A stretch of 64,000 nucleotides of DNA from Candidatus Micrarchaeota archaeon (GCA_964588555.1 CAZPPT010000004.1:73698-137697); one strand, 5' to 3'; positions 1 to 10,010 are shown, counted from the stretch's first letter. Notes: generated by a model not told the origin, from the sequence alone. Translations and numbers: made by a program.

Positions 1-1143
1 GGCAGCCTCACTGCGCTTGGCGCGATCCCGCCTGATACCTGTGCACTTAAGACGTTTACCCTTTTTGTGCCGAACACAACGCTTGGCGGAAATTATACGG
101 GAATCATCACCGGTACTGCGGTCAATATCCCAAGCGCTTCAGATAGTGTTGGGCTTACTATTCAGGTGATCGGGTCAGTAAATGATTCGGCAGGCCCGGT
201 TGCGGGCAACATCTCAAAGATACCAAAGCGCGTTTTTCTTGAGGAGCCGATTTGGATTACTGCCACATGCAGCGACCTTGGACGTGGCGATAACAACATA
301 CAAAATGCCATCCTTCAGGTCAACAACGCGAGTACCTACAACATGAATCCCATTGACGGTGCATTCGACCAGCCCCTTGAAAACGTCAGCTATCAGATAA
401 GTACGGTTATTCCCTTTGGTAAGCACAATGTTACGATGTGGTGCATCGACAACCAGAACAATACGGGGCCAGCCGCAAATTATTCATTTGTCGTCATGAA
501 GGAGACGCTTTTTGTAACGCGGCTTAGTAACCTTGGGACTTCCGAGGCAAACTGGCACAACTGGTGGCCCAATTATATTTCGTTTGAGGGCTTTAAGGGT
601 ACAAAAACCAATGTCCAGCGTTCAGATTTTCTAAATAATGCGGTAAATAACCCAAATTATAATGAAAGCTACTATGGTATCGTGCTTATTGCCGACGATG
701 GGATTACGAGCGGTTCCCAGGGGTCTGCACTTATAACTCGATTAAATACGTATATGGCAAACGGCGGCGTTGTCGTCTTCCTCGATGAGGCGCTTGACGA
801 CCCGCTTGACGATTTCGGGTTTGCCAACGGCGGAAACGACGACAGCCTCACCACCATTGCAACCACGAACAACACGCACTACCTTACCACCGGTTATTCT
901 GCGCCATCCAGCATTATCATTTATAGTGGCAGCGCGCATGATGTCAATTATGCGACAAGCTACTCCGGCTCGACCCTTATGACCACCACGCTTGCCCAGA
1001 CTACGCGGGCGGTTCTTGGCGTAGGATCAAGCCATGTCATATGGGGCCCCTCTGAACCGGGGTCATTTAATGGCAACGGGCACAATGTCTCGATACGGGT
1101 CATTGATTACGCACTCCTTACAAGTACGATGGGTGAAAGCTGA
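1..1143 (+). CDS. Pilin-like/adhesin-like surface protein, 5' end outside the window. It is rich in N-x-S/T sequons, and its C-terminal part is paralogous to the C-terminal half of the next gene.
   Basis: The frame stays open from base 1. Residues 1-60 align with an internal segment of the 1143..3137 product (..PDTC.LK.F.....NYTG.IT......PSA.DSV.L.I.V..). Shared motifs include NNTGPAANYSFVVMKE against NNVGPEANYTFTVMKE. Confidence 0.6.
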   Translation, partial: GSLTALGAIPPDTCALKTFTLFVPNTTLGGNYTGIITGTAVNIPSASDSVGLTIQVIGSVNDSAGPVAGNISKIPKRVFLEEPIWITATCSDLGRGDNNIQNAILQVNNASTYNMNPIDGAFDQPLENVSYQISTVIPFGKHNVTMWCIDNQNNTGPAANYSFVVMKETLFVTRLSNLGTSEANWHNWWPNYISFEGFKGTKTNVQRSDFLNNAVNNPNYNESYYGIVLIADDGITSGSQGSALITRLNTYMANGGVVVFLDEALDDPLDDFGFANGGNDDSLTTIATTNNTHYLTTGYSAPSSIIIYSGSAHDVNYATSYSGSTLMTTTLAQTTRAVLGVGSSHVIWGPSEPGSFNGNGHNVSIRVIDYALLTSTMGES

Positions 1144-3137
1144 TGAAAGCGCAAATAAGCACTGAATTTCTTTTGATACTCGGGGTTCTTTTTATCCTCC
1201 TTACCGTATTCATTATTACGTCCCAGGAGGAGCTCACTGACGTTACCACGTCACATATTGAACAGAAGGGGCAGACAAGTGCCGATGCACTGAGTGCTGC
1301 GGCAAAGGAAGTTTATTCCCAGGGCTTTGGCTCGCGAAAGCGCGTATATGTCGATATCCCTTCAGCATATGATCCGACACGTTCAGGTACTCTTAACCGT
1401 ACGCTTATCCTCCATGTACTTGGCTCCGACATGGTGCGCACCTTTGATTTTGACATTGTCGGCCAGCTGCCCAATTCGCCCGGCCCGCAATGGGTCTGGG
1501 TGACAAACGAAGGGTCACACGTCCGTATAGGCCTTTCGCTCCTTTCCCTTGACCGGCAGTCCGTGTATGTAATTATGGGCCAGAATACGACTGCAAACGA
1601 CACGCTCTTTATACAAAATGTCCACACGGGGCAGGTAAACGTGACCATCACGCCGTCGTGGACAAGTGCACATGTGAACATTTCACTTTCAAGCACGCAG
1701 GTAAGCCTTTCTTCAAACCAGACGTTTCCGCTTCTTATTAATTTTCCCTCCCTTGCAAGCGCAATTGGGACGTATAGTGGCAGCCTGGCCCTCACCGCCT
1801 CAAGCGGAAACGCCACTGAGGTAATCTACGTGCCTGTTATTGTTGAAGTGACTGCCACACTAAGCACCGTGCCACCCCTTTGGATCATCCCGAACGTGTG
1901 GAACAGCTCACTTCTTCCTTCCCAAAACGTATCCAAATCATTCATTGTCTGTACAAACTCGGCAACATCGGTCACAGACGTTTCCTTTAACGCGTCAGGC
2001 ACCGCCGGTGCATGGGTCACTGGCCTTGAGGCACTTCCTGCGATGGGGCCTGACACCTGCCTTACGAAAATATTTAACATGTCAATCGCAAATGCGACAA
2101 ATGCAGGAAACTACACCGGCTTTATCACCGCGCAGGGCGGAGGCGTGCCAAGCGCGACCGATTCGGTCGCACTTTTCATAGAGGTCGGCTCAAACCCAAG
2201 CGACATTGTCGGTCCGCTTGCAACGAATTTTGGCAGGTCCCCCTCACGCGTGTTTTTCGGTTCTGCGCTTACGGTTAGTGCGGTATGTGACGATACTAAT
2301 CGGGGGAACAATACGATAAGCCGTGGTGAGATAAGGGTCGGTAATACCGGTTCCTGGTCAACCCTTACGGCAGTTGACGGCTCCTATGATTCCATTATGG
2401 AGAATGTAAGCCACACATTTACCCCTACACAGCCCGGCTTTCAGAACGTGACATTCCGGTGCACTGATTCGCTTAATAATGTCGGTCCGGAGGCAAACTA
2501 TACATTTACGGTCATGAAAGAAATCGTTCTTATTACTAAGGACCAAGGATCTGCGCAGGGTGAACAAAACTGGGACGAATGGCTTACGATCCACAGTTCC
2601 GCGCTTGGCTACTCGTGGAGCTTTGACCGGGTTCACCGTAAGGACATTACGGACGGTGTTGTTGACATAAATGGGTATGCGGTTGCCCTCCTTGCGGAGG
2701 CCGTAACATCAGGAAGCACTGGCAATTCGCTTGTCACGCTCCTTAATACCTATCGAACTAATGGAGGGTATGTGGTCATTGTCGACAAGGCGGTACGCGA
2801 CACAAGTGCTGATTTTGGTATCGGCTCAAACCCGCAGCAGGTCACCCAAAATGTTGTCACCATTTCGGGTAATTCCCACTATATTACAAGCTCTTTTTCC
2901 AACAATGCGTCACCACGCATCTATCATTCTTCAAGCGCCATTTATTATTTTGATACGGGGACAAGTTCGCTTGTCCGGCCGTCGGTTTCTTCACCAATAG
3001 ACCATGCCGTGCTTATCGATACAAACCGGATCATCGCATGGGGGGTGACGCGTCCGTACCGCCTTAATATCAACGGCACAACAATCAGTGCAGGGGTTTT
3101 TGACTATGCGATCAATACAAGCACGATCGGGTCGTGA
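1143..3137 (+). CDS. Large type IV pilin-like surface protein with an archaeal class III signal peptide (MKAQISTEFLLILGVLFIL). It has many N-glycosylation sequons.
   Basis: The N-terminus K-A-Q-I-S-T-E-F followed by a hydrophobic stretch matches the archaeal prepilin (PibD/FlaK substrate) pattern. The start codon overlaps the previous stop (ATGA). The C-terminal 350 aa duplicates the upstream gene. Confidence 0.65.
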   Translation: MKAQISTEFLLILGVLFILLTVFIITSQEELTDVTTSHIEQKGQTSADALSAAAKEVYSQGFGSRKRVYVDIPSAYDPTRSGTLNRTLILHVLGSDMVRTFDFDIVGQLPNSPGPQWVWVTNEGSHVRIGLSLLSLDRQSVYVIMGQNTTANDTLFIQNVHTGQVNVTITPSWTSAHVNISLSSTQVSLSSNQTFPLLINFPSLASAIGTYSGSLALTASSGNATEVIYVPVIVEVTATLSTVPPLWIIPNVWNSSLLPSQNVSKSFIVCTNSATSVTDVSFNASGTAGAWVTGLEALPAMGPDTCLTKIFNMSIANATNAGNYTGFITAQGGGVPSATDSVALFIEVGSNPSDIVGPLATNFGRSPSRVFFGSALTVSAVCDDTNRGNNTISRGEIRVGNTGSWSTLTAVDGSYDSIMENVSHTFTPTQPGFQNVTFRCTDSLNNVGPEANYTFTVMKEIVLITKDQGSAQGEQNWDEWLTIHSSALGYSWSFDRVHRKDITDGVVDINGYAVALLAEAVTSGSTGNSLVTLLNTYRTNGGYVVIVDKAVRDTSADFGIGSNPQQVTQNVVTISGNSHYITSSFSNNASPRIYHSSSAIYYFDTGTSSLVRPSVSSPIDHAVLIDTNRIIAWGVTRPYRLNINGTTISAGVFDYAINTSTIGS

Positions 3138-3141
3138 TTCA

Positions 3142-3519
3142 ATGCGCGCACAAATATCCGAGGAATTCATGATCGCGCTTTCGGCAGCGCTTTCGCTCCT
3201 TATGCTTGGCGTATTTATTTACCAAGGGCAGCTTGTCAATTTTTACAGCGTGAGGGATTCAGTAAGCGCAAGCGAAGTTTCGTATCAGGTCGCTTCGGCA
3301 CTTAACCATGTCTATCTTGCAGGGGACGGCACGACATACTCCATGGCGCTTGTTGCGCGCGGCATGAATATCACCGTGCGCGGGCAGGTCGTCACTGTCG
3401 AGTCATTGAATGGCAGTGCATTTGCACAGGACCGTGTCCTTGCAAACGACACGCTTACGTTTAACAATACTGGCATAGTAACAATTGTAAACAATGGTGG
3501 GGCACTTGCAGTCAGATAA
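3142..3519 (+). CDS. Small pilin-like protein with a class III signal peptide (MRAQISEEFMIALSAALSLLML)
   Basis: The ATG at 3142 lies 5 nt after the stop of the previous gene. The R-A-Q-I-S-E-E-F plus hydrophobic helix motif is present. Confidence 0.6.
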   Translation: MRAQISEEFMIALSAALSLLMLGVFIYQGQLVNFYSVRDSVSASEVSYQVASALNHVYLAGDGTTYSMALVARGMNITVRGQVVTVESLNGSAFAQDRVLANDTLTFNNTGIVTIVNNGGALAVR

Positions 3520-4066
3520 ACACATCTTTGGCCGGTCAAACTTGTTACCTTTTTCCCGACGGTCGCTCCGGGGCCAAATATGGAGCACTGATTTTATCAT
3601 CATGTCGATTTTGTTTATTGCAATTGTCTTTACGTTTCTTTATTTCTGGAGCTTCATGAATGTGCGCTGGCAGAATGTGGCTTCCTACAACCGGCAGTAT
3701 ATGCTTGGCCTTTCAATAACTGATGCACTTACCTCAACGCCTGGAAACCCCCCGAACTGGGAGCATTTGGGCGTTATTAATGAAAGTACGCTTGTGCATT
3801 TTGGGCTTGCCCAAGGCCGCAGCCATATTGCGTATGACAAGATCGAGCGGCTGTACAACCTTTCGCATTCAAACTATTCGCTTTTTAGGGAACGGCTTGG
3901 CGTTTATCAGTACGAGCTATACCTTAACGTAAGCAACCTTGACCGTACCAAGACGTGGTATGAGCTTGGCAACCGTTCAAGCCAGGTAAACGAGACAGTC
4001 GTGTTTGACCGCCTCGTCGTGTTCAACGATACGCCGGCCATCTTGAGGTTGGAACTATGGCACTAA
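3494..4066 (+). CDS. Pilin-like protein with a class III signal peptide (..LRGQIWSTDFIIMSILFIAIVF). The true start is probably the TTG at 3542.
   Basis: The R-G-Q-I-W-S-T-D-F motif is followed by a hydrophobic helix. The in-frame ATG at 3494 overlaps the upstream gene and would give a 29 aa leader. A TTG at 3542 would give a more typical 11 aa leader. Confidence 0.5.
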   Translation: MVGHLQSDKHIFGRSNLLPFSRRSLRGQIWSTDFIIMSILFIAIVFTFLYFWSFMNVRWQNVASYNRQYMLGLSITDALTSTPGNPPNWEHLGVINESTLVHFGLAQGRSHIAYDKIERLYNLSHSNYSLFRERLGVYQYELYLNVSNLDRTKTWYELGNRSSQVNETVVFDRLVVFNDTPAILRLELWH

Positions 4067-4461
4067 AAGGCTTTTATCTGACCCTTGACGGGCTTTTTGC
4101 CCTTACTATCCTAGTAGTGGTACTTATCCTTATATCAAACCAGCTTTTTCAGCCAGTAACGCCGCGTGGCATGTACCTAAAACAGGTTTCATACGACCTC
4201 CTTGAAGTCATGGACAAGACCGACCGTGCTGAGCACGCGCTTTTCCTTGGGAACACTACTGCAGTCCGGGAGCTTTTGGAATCATTCCCCATACAGGTAT
4301 GTGCCCAGGTGCATTTTGAGAACACTGTTTCAGGTTCCATCATTACGATCACGCGTCCGACGTGCGGGGGCTTTGGGACACAGCTTCAGGCAACATATCG
4401 TCCCATGTCCATCCGCGGGATCCGTTATATGGTAAAAGTCGAAAGCTGGTACAACTCGTGA
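4057..4461 (+). CDS. Small pilin-like protein (MALKGFYLTLDGLFALTILVVVLILI)
   Basis: A K-G-F..L.LDG motif is followed by a hydrophobic helix. It overlaps the previous gene by 10 nt, consistent with an operon. Confidence 0.5.
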   Translation: MALKGFYLTLDGLFALTILVVVLILISNQLFQPVTPRGMYLKQVSYDLLEVMDKTDRAEHALFLGNTTAVRELLESFPIQVCAQVHFENTVSGSIITITRPTCGGFGTQLQATYRPMSIRGIRYMVKVESWYNS

Positions 4462-4466
4462 GTACT

Positions 4467-5315
4467 ATGAAAAAAATGCGCGCATTTGTATTGACACTTA
4501 TCACGGTGAGCCTCATGTCACTTTTGGTGCTCACGTGGATCTCCTTCCAAGAAAGCGCAGTACGTTTTGAGGGAAATAGCCTTCGGCCACAGTCACTTGC
4601 GTTTTCCCGCATTGTATTTGAGGCCGTATTTGATGAGCTTCATCGTATTGCCGGTCCCGATTTTTCAACAAGCCCCACCAACACTACCGTCATGGTTTTC
4701 TTTAACGATACCCTCCCAAAACCAAATATCACTGCTGAACTAGACCTCCTTGATAATTTTATCGAGGCAAACTATTCGCGGCGTATTCATGCCAATTTGT
4801 CGCTTGACCTTACCAACCTTACAGATAACAGTGTTGATTTTATCCTGTCTGGCCACTACGTGCACCGGACAAATTCGTCTACCGGGGCATCGACAGTTGA
4901 ATTTTATTCGCTTAATGGGGCACAATCAGGCGTGACGCGATATGACATTAATGTCACTACACTTTTGGTACGCCAGTCAGTTACGTCATTTTCCTGGGAT
5001 CCGACTGGCGACATCAACGTATCGCTTACGTATTCCGACAGCAACGGTTCGGTTACGCTTACTGGCCTTTTGCGTAATGGGACTACGAATACGTTTTCCA
5101 TCCTCTATGCAAATAACCAGACAACAAATGTTACAATTGGCGCACTAGGCACAAAACGAGGGGCGCTTCTTATCGGCGATACCGCAGGAACCGCATATTC
5201 GCTTGCAGTTCACCTGCCGTTCAACATGTCGCAGCACCTTACGTATGGGTACGAAGCCTCGCTTAATTATACGCAAGGGGTCATTTCGAAGTACGGAAGG
5301 GTGGAACGCGATTAA
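4467..5315 (+). CDS. Secreted/membrane-anchored protein with an N-terminal hydrophobic helix (MKKMRAFVLTLITVSLMSLLVL) and many N-x-S/T sequons. It is probably a pilus-associated protein.
   Basis: The ATG at 4467 lies 6 nt after the stop of the previous gene. The product has an N-terminal signal/anchor helix and repeated N-glycosylation sequons. Confidence 0.5.
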   Translation: MKKMRAFVLTLITVSLMSLLVLTWISFQESAVRFEGNSLRPQSLAFSRIVFEAVFDELHRIAGPDFSTSPTNTTVMVFFNDTLPKPNITAELDLLDNFIEANYSRRIHANLSLDLTNLTDNSVDFILSGHYVHRTNSSTGASTVEFYSLNGAQSGVTRYDINVTTLLVRQSVTSFSWDPTGDINVSLTYSDSNGSVTLTGLLRNGTTNTFSILYANNQTTNVTIGALGTKRGALLIGDTAGTAYSLAVHLPFNMSQHLTYGYEASLNYTQGVISKYGRVERD

Positions 5316-5458
5316 TGCCGGTTAGCATCCTGGGTCAAGGGGAGCACTAAATCAGGAAGACTTTGGCGTTTGTCTCAGTGTTTAAACTTGCGTAGGTTAC
5401 CTCAGATTTTCTTATGAAATTACTGCGGAAATTGGTAGCGGCGCAAGGTTTAAATATT

Positions 5459-5494
5459 TATCCTATTATAGGATTATCCTATAATAGGATAATT
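5459..5494. promoter_or_regulatory. Two tandem copies of a 15 bp palindrome (ATCCTATTATAGGAT / ATCCTATAATAGGAT) ending 7 bp before the ATPase start codon. It is probably an operator overlapping the TATA/BRE region.
   Basis: Read directly from the sequence. Each unit is a perfect 7-1-7 palindrome, and the two units are mutual reverse complements. Confidence 0.5.
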
Positions 5495-5500
5495 GATGAT

Positions 5501-6838
5501 ATGAAGTTTTATGACCGAGAAAAAGAGCTTGAAGTATTGCAAAAAGCCGTAGCTCATCCCGGCTCCGCAATGATTGTCATAAGTGGGAGGCGGCGAGTTG
5601 GCAAAAGTAGGCTCGTTGACGAGTTTCTAAAAAGAAACAAAGGCTTGAAAACACTCATTGTACCGAAGGAAGAGAAACAGGTTGCAGCCGACTTCGCAGA
5701 ACTCCTTAAAGATCAGTTTAAACCGACATTCAATACCATAAAGGAAGCACTCGAGTACTTTTTTACTAAGTCTAGTGAACGATTACTATACATTGACGAA
5801 TTCCCAAATTTTCTAGAGGTCAACCAATCAATACCATATGAGCTTCAGCGTCTTTGGGAGATGTACAAGGACAAGACTAATAAGGTACTCATTCTTTCCG
5901 GCTCTTACGTACGTATGATAGATAAAATATTCACAAGGCAGAAAGCACCTCTTTTCAACAGAGCATCTTTCAAAATTATTCTGGAACCACTGCCCCTTAC
6001 GGTAATCTGGCAAATGCTCAATGATATCGGCACCTCTAACTCAGAACAAAAAATAGCAGATTATTGTGTTTTTGGCGGCATTCCTTATTATTATGAGGTA
6101 CTGGAGAAACACGATAGCGCGCCTTCTATTGAAGGACTGTTTTTTGGTGTTGGCCAGTTGAGAGAAGAAGGCCAGGACATACTGCGCCAGGAATTTGGAG
6201 CCACGTACAAGAAGTATTTTTCAATACTTGAGGCAATCGGAGCAGGTTTAGTTTCGGCGGGTGAAATCGCAAATAAGATGGGAATCGCGCAGACTACGCT
6301 ATCTAAGTATATCCAATCTCTACAGAACGACTTCAAACTCATTGAGAGAAAAGTGCCGTTTGACCAAAACCCATCCAGAAGCAAGAAAGGGGTATATGTG
6401 ATAAAGGACAACCTACTTGCTTTTTGGTTTAGCCAAGTTTATGGTAAAACGCAATTACCGAGCAAAATTGCCCTCACTCAATTCGTCAGCCGGCGTTTTG
6501 AACCCCTTTGTGCTAACTTTTTCATTGATTGGCTTGATAAAAAAGGCGAACAGATTGTAAGGTCTGGCCAATGGTGGGGCAACGTTGAAATAGAGAAAGG
6601 TAAGTTCGAGCAACGCGAGATTGATTTGATTATAGAAACTGACAAGACGCTTTACATTGGGGAATGCAAATGGAGTGACAATAAAATAGGCGAAAAAGAG
6701 CTAGAGCACTTGAAACAATCCGCAAAGGCACTGAAAACAAAGAAACAGGTGAAATGGGTGTTGTTCAACAAAAAAGGATTCTCCATAAATGAAAGCAAGG
6801 ACGTTTTATTGTTTGATGCTGAAAGGATTGTACGCTGA
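5501..6838 (+). CDS. Archaeal AAA+ ATPase (Arch_ATPase family with a C-terminal DUF234 domain)
   Basis: Walker A motif GRRRVGKS. Walker B-like motif LLYIDEFPNF. The C-terminal motif LIIETDKTLYIGECKW is typical of DUF234. Confidence 0.7.
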   Translation: MKFYDREKELEVLQKAVAHPGSAMIVISGRRRVGKSRLVDEFLKRNKGLKTLIVPKEEKQVAADFAELLKDQFKPTFNTIKEALEYFFTKSSERLLYIDEFPNFLEVNQSIPYELQRLWEMYKDKTNKVLILSGSYVRMIDKIFTRQKAPLFNRASFKIILEPLPLTVIWQMLNDIGTSNSEQKIADYCVFGGIPYYYEVLEKHDSAPSIEGLFFGVGQLREEGQDILRQEFGATYKKYFSILEAIGAGLVSAGEIANKMGIAQTTLSKYIQSLQNDFKLIERKVPFDQNPSRSKKGVYVIKDNLLAFWFSQVYGKTQLPSKIALTQFVSRRFEPLCANFFIDWLDKKGEQIVRSGQWWGNVEIEKGKFEQREIDLIIETDKTLYIGECKWSDNKIGEKELEHLKQSAKALKTKKQVKWVLFNKKGFSINESKDVLLFDAERIVR

Positions 6839-6843
6839 TAGCT

Positions 6844-7248
6844 TCATTCCTCAACCTTCCTAAACTTAAACCCGTAATGGATAAGCCCGTCCGGGTCGTC
6901 GCGCTGGATAACACGAAACACCGCCTCAACAGGCGTGCCGATTTTCATGTCCTTTGCATGGCAATCTACAACCTGTGCCGTCAGTTTCGCACCTTCCTCA
7001 AGCTCAATAATCGCAAGTACGTATGGCGCCTGGTCCTCAAACCCTTCAGGTGCTGCAAAAACTTCAGTAAAAGAGAATACCTTTCCAGTGCCCTTGTATT
7101 TTACCTCTTCGAGCTTTCCTTTTCTTCTGCAATTGGGACACACTGTCCTTTTTGGAAAGAAATGGGTCTTGCATGTTGTGCAGACGCTCCCAAGTAGCCT
7201 GTACCGTTCAGGAATCCTACGCCATGTTAATGGAATGCTTGTTTTCAT
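6844..7248 (-). CDS. DUF35 Zn-ribbon/OB-fold protein, the thiolase/HMG-CoA synthase scaffold partner in archaea
   Basis: CxxC...CxxC zinc ribbon (CTTCKTHFFPKRTVCPNCRR) followed by an OB-fold. It lies directly downstream of the thiolase gene. Confidence 0.7.
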   Translation of the reverse strand: MKTSIPLTWRRIPERYRLLGSVCTTCKTHFFPKRTVCPNCRRKGKLEEVKYKGTGKVFSFTEVFAAPEGFEDQAPYVLAIIELEEGAKLTAQVVDCHAKDMKIGTPVEAVFRVIQRDDPDGLIHYGFKFRKVEE

Positions 7249-7262
7249 GATGAATCACCTTT

Positions 7263-8426
7263 CTACCATGCAGGCTTTAATACGTGCACGACCGCAGTCG
7301 CGCCTGATCCGCCAACATTGTGCGTCAGTCCGACCTTTGCATCCTTTCTTTGCCGCACGCCAGCTTTGCCGCGCAATTGCCATACGACCTCGCACATCTG
7401 CTTTATGCCAGTTGCCCCGACAGGGTGACCACATGCTTTTAGTCCACCGGACGTGTTTACTGCAATCTCTCCATTAAGTGCCGTCTTACCTTCAAGGGAC
7501 GCCTTACCACCTTCTCCTTTTTTGTAGAACCCAAGGTCCTCAATTGCCATGATTTCTGCGATGGTAAAACAATCATGCACTTCCGCCACGTCGATGTCCT
7601 TTGGGTTTACCTTTGCCCGTTCATATGCAAGCTTTGCCGCAACCTGCGTTGCACGAAGCTCACTTAAGCTTTTTCTTGAATGGAGCGCTATATTGTCGCT
7701 TGCCTGTGCGCTTGCAACGATTTCGACTGGCTGTTCTGAGTTTTTCTTTGCCATATCCAGGGGCGCAAGCACAACTGCCGCGGCACCATCAGTAATCGGC
7801 GAACAGTCAAATACCTTAAGTGGGTCAGCAATTACCTTTGACTTGAGCACCTGCTCAATGGTGATTTCGTTTTGATATTGCGCGTATTTGTTCTTTGCGC
7901 CGTTTTTATGGTTTTTCACCGCGACACTTGCAAGCATTTCTTCAGTTGTCTTATATTCATACATATGCCGCCGTGCCATCATTGCATATAATCCAGGAAA
8001 TGTTGCACCTAAAAACAGCTCCCACTCCTGGTCGCCTGCACCGCCCAAGATGTCGCTTACTTCGGCAACGCCTAAATCAGTCATCTTCTCCACGCCGCCG
8101 ACAACAACGATGTCATGCATGCCTGAGGCAACTGCCATAAACCCCTGGCGGAATGCAAGTGCGCCGCTTGCGCATGCGCCTTCAACACGTGTAATCGGTA
8201 CTGGGTTAAGCCCCATGTAGTCCGCAAGGAGTGCGCCGATGTGTTCCTGGCCGACAAGCCGCCCGGATGCCATGGTACCTACATATCCGGCGCTTATTTC
8301 ATCGCCATGGATATTTGCATCCATGATGGCACGCTGCCCAGCCTCAATGACCAGGTCCCGAAATCCAGATTCCCACCGCTCGCCAAACTCAGTCTGGCCA
8401 ACGCCTATGATTGCAACTCGTCGCAT
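7263..8426 (-). CDS. Acetyl-CoA C-acetyltransferase (archaeal thiolase)
   Basis: [16 protein letters not shown]... with the active-site context VEGACASG, and a C-terminal HNVGGSGA motif. Confidence 0.8.
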   Translation of the reverse strand: MRRVAIIGVGQTEFGERWESGFRDLVIEAGQRAIMDANIHGDEISAGYVGTMASGRLVGQEHIGALLADYMGLNPVPITRVEGACASGALAFRQGFMAVASGMHDIVVVGGVEKMTDLGVAEVSDILGGAGDQEWELFLGATFPGLYAMMARRHMYEYKTTEEMLASVAVKNHKNGAKNKYAQYQNEITIEQVLKSKVIADPLKVFDCSPITDGAAAVVLAPLDMAKKNSEQPVEIVASAQASDNIALHSRKSLSELRATQVAAKLAYERAKVNPKDIDVAEVHDCFTIAEIMAIEDLGFYKKGEGGKASLEGKTALNGEIAVNTSGGLKACGHPVGATGIKQMCEVVWQLRGKAGVRQRKDAKVGLTHNVGGSGATAVVHVLKPAW

Positions 8427-8509
8427 AAAACTAACCTCATAAATTGTACTCCTATATGAGAGGCTTTATTTTAAAAATGTAGCGAAATGAATTCTGGCAA
8501 ATGACGTAT

Positions 8510-9460
8510 TTATGGATATGCAAAAAGGTCAATCATACCAAGGAGGTCGCTTACGAACATCTTTCCGCGTTGTACTACTGCATATACTCCTCCTTTGTTT
8601 AACTCTGTTGTTTCTACATCGTTTACGTAGATGACCCCATCTCTAGGCTTGACAGATGCCGGAATATGGTTATCGGTAATAATAATTGTCGGCGCGGCAG
8701 TAACCTCGAATTTTTTGGGCGGCATAACCGTTACAGTAAACCCGATCTCCCGCAGGATGCTTGTGGCAAGTGACAAGTGCCCTTCCGGATCGTTCGTGTC
8801 AATAGCTATGTGGGTGATCGGATACCTGCCATACCGCATCTTGGTACGTATGTCTGAAGTTAAAACTTCTGTTTGTGAGGGGTCCCCACTCATTCTAAAT
8901 GTCGGATCCATGTCTTCGAAATCCTCTACGAGGTTTGCCACCCTTCTTTCTCCTACGTAGGCTATGGGGACTACTGCATCCAGTTTAAACTGGCTGATCA
9001 GCTTTCTATGTGTGCATGCGGTTATTGTAATTGCTTCGGCCATATCCTTTGTGCGGATCAAAAGCCCCCATACCCGCGGCAGTCCGTGTAACTCCCCCTC
9101 TTCATTTAGGATGCTTGTTCTTAAGAACACCTGGTCAAAGAGCTTTTTTCCAGCATGTTCTGCAAGAATACGCTCTATTTCCTTTCCTTCAGTAGTTTGG
9201 TCTGCAACAAACTGCTCCGGCGTACGTATTCTGATGAAGCCACTGGATTGAAATCGTGTTTTCCTCCTACGTTCATTTTCCTGCGCAACTGTACTTTCAT
9301 TTGCAAGAATGGCAAATGGTACAAATGGCCGCATAACTCTCCCTGGCGGCGTTGAACCGACAATCTCGTGTTCAAATTGCGTACGCCCGTCACTGGACTT
9401 TTTTAAGGATAGCGTTTTAGCCAGCTCCCTAACAAGTACGGCACGAACCGGATACGGCAC
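8510..9460 (-). CDS. Conserved hypothetical protein
   Basis: Long ORF with coding-like composition. I recognise no domain. Confidence 0.4.
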   Translation of the reverse strand: MPYPVRAVLVRELAKTLSLKKSSDGRTQFEHEIVGSTPPGRVMRPFVPFAILANESTVAQENERRRKTRFQSSGFIRIRTPEQFVADQTTEGKEIERILAEHAGKKLFDQVFLRTSILNEEGELHGLPRVWGLLIRTKDMAEAITITACTHRKLISQFKLDAVVPIAYVGERRVANLVEDFEDMDPTFRMSGDPSQTEVLTSDIRTKMRYGRYPITHIAIDTNDPEGHLSLATSILREIGFTVTVMPPKKFEVTAAPTIIITDNHIPASVKPRDGVIYVNDVETTELNKGGVYAVVQRGKMFVSDLLGMIDLFAYP

Positions 9461-9563
9461 ACCTTTGTCTATTCTGACCGTTCTAATATTAACACCTTTT
9501 CCTATTTTTATAAACTGTTAATGGATAGTAGGCATTATATAGCTTGCCCCAACTAGTATTTTT

Positions 9564-9968
9564 ATGGTGCGCGAGTTTGCCTGTGACGGCATTGTCATTA
9601 TCGACGACAAGATACTTCTTATAAAGCGCGGCTCTCCCCCTGGCGTCGGGGAATGGGCGGTGCCCGGCGGCCGTATTGATTACCATGAAGATGCTATCGG
9701 CTGCCTTAAGCGTGAGATGAAGGAAGAGACAAACCTTGATGTTGAGCCGGTTGCATTTGTCGGGTTGTACAGTGACCCAAAACGCGAGCCACGTCAGATC
9801 ATCACCGCCGCATACCTTTGTAAGGTAGTGGGCGGAAAAGCAAGGCACGGTGACGATGCCGCCGATCTTGCATGGTTTGATATCAACGATTTACCGCAGC
9901 TCTGGGCCGATCATGGCGAGATCGTGCGGGATGCAATTGCGGTTTATTCGGATAAAAATAAGTTGTAA
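9564..9968 (+). CDS. NUDIX hydrolase
   Basis: Nudix box GGRIDYHEDAIGCLKREMKEETNL. Confidence 0.8.
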   Translation: MVREFACDGIVIIDDKILLIKRGSPPGVGEWAVPGGRIDYHEDAIGCLKREMKEETNLDVEPVAFVGLYSDPKREPRQIITAAYLCKVVGGKARHGDDAADLAWFDINDLPQLWADHGEIVRDAIAVYSDKNKL

Positions 9969-10010
9969 CTAGGCTACCGCCTATGCGTGTAAAAAACTAA
10001 AAATGAGGAT

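Noticed and set aside
3494-3541. ATG at 3494 as the start of the third pilin
   Set aside because: It would give a 29 aa pre-cleavage leader overlapping the upstream gene. The in-frame TTG at 3542 gives a typical short basic leader.
5316-5413. Intergenic gaps scanned for tRNA-like cloverleafs (also 8427-8509, 9461-9563, 15436-15501, 41021-41102, 44874-44978, 47349-47415, 49536-49641)
   Set aside because: No acceptor stem plus T-arm (GTTCRANYC) pattern was seen. These look like AT-rich promoter/terminator spacers.
6935-7477. 180 aa plus-strand ORF overlapping DUF35 and the thiolase 3' end
   Set aside because: It is antisense to two well-supported genes.
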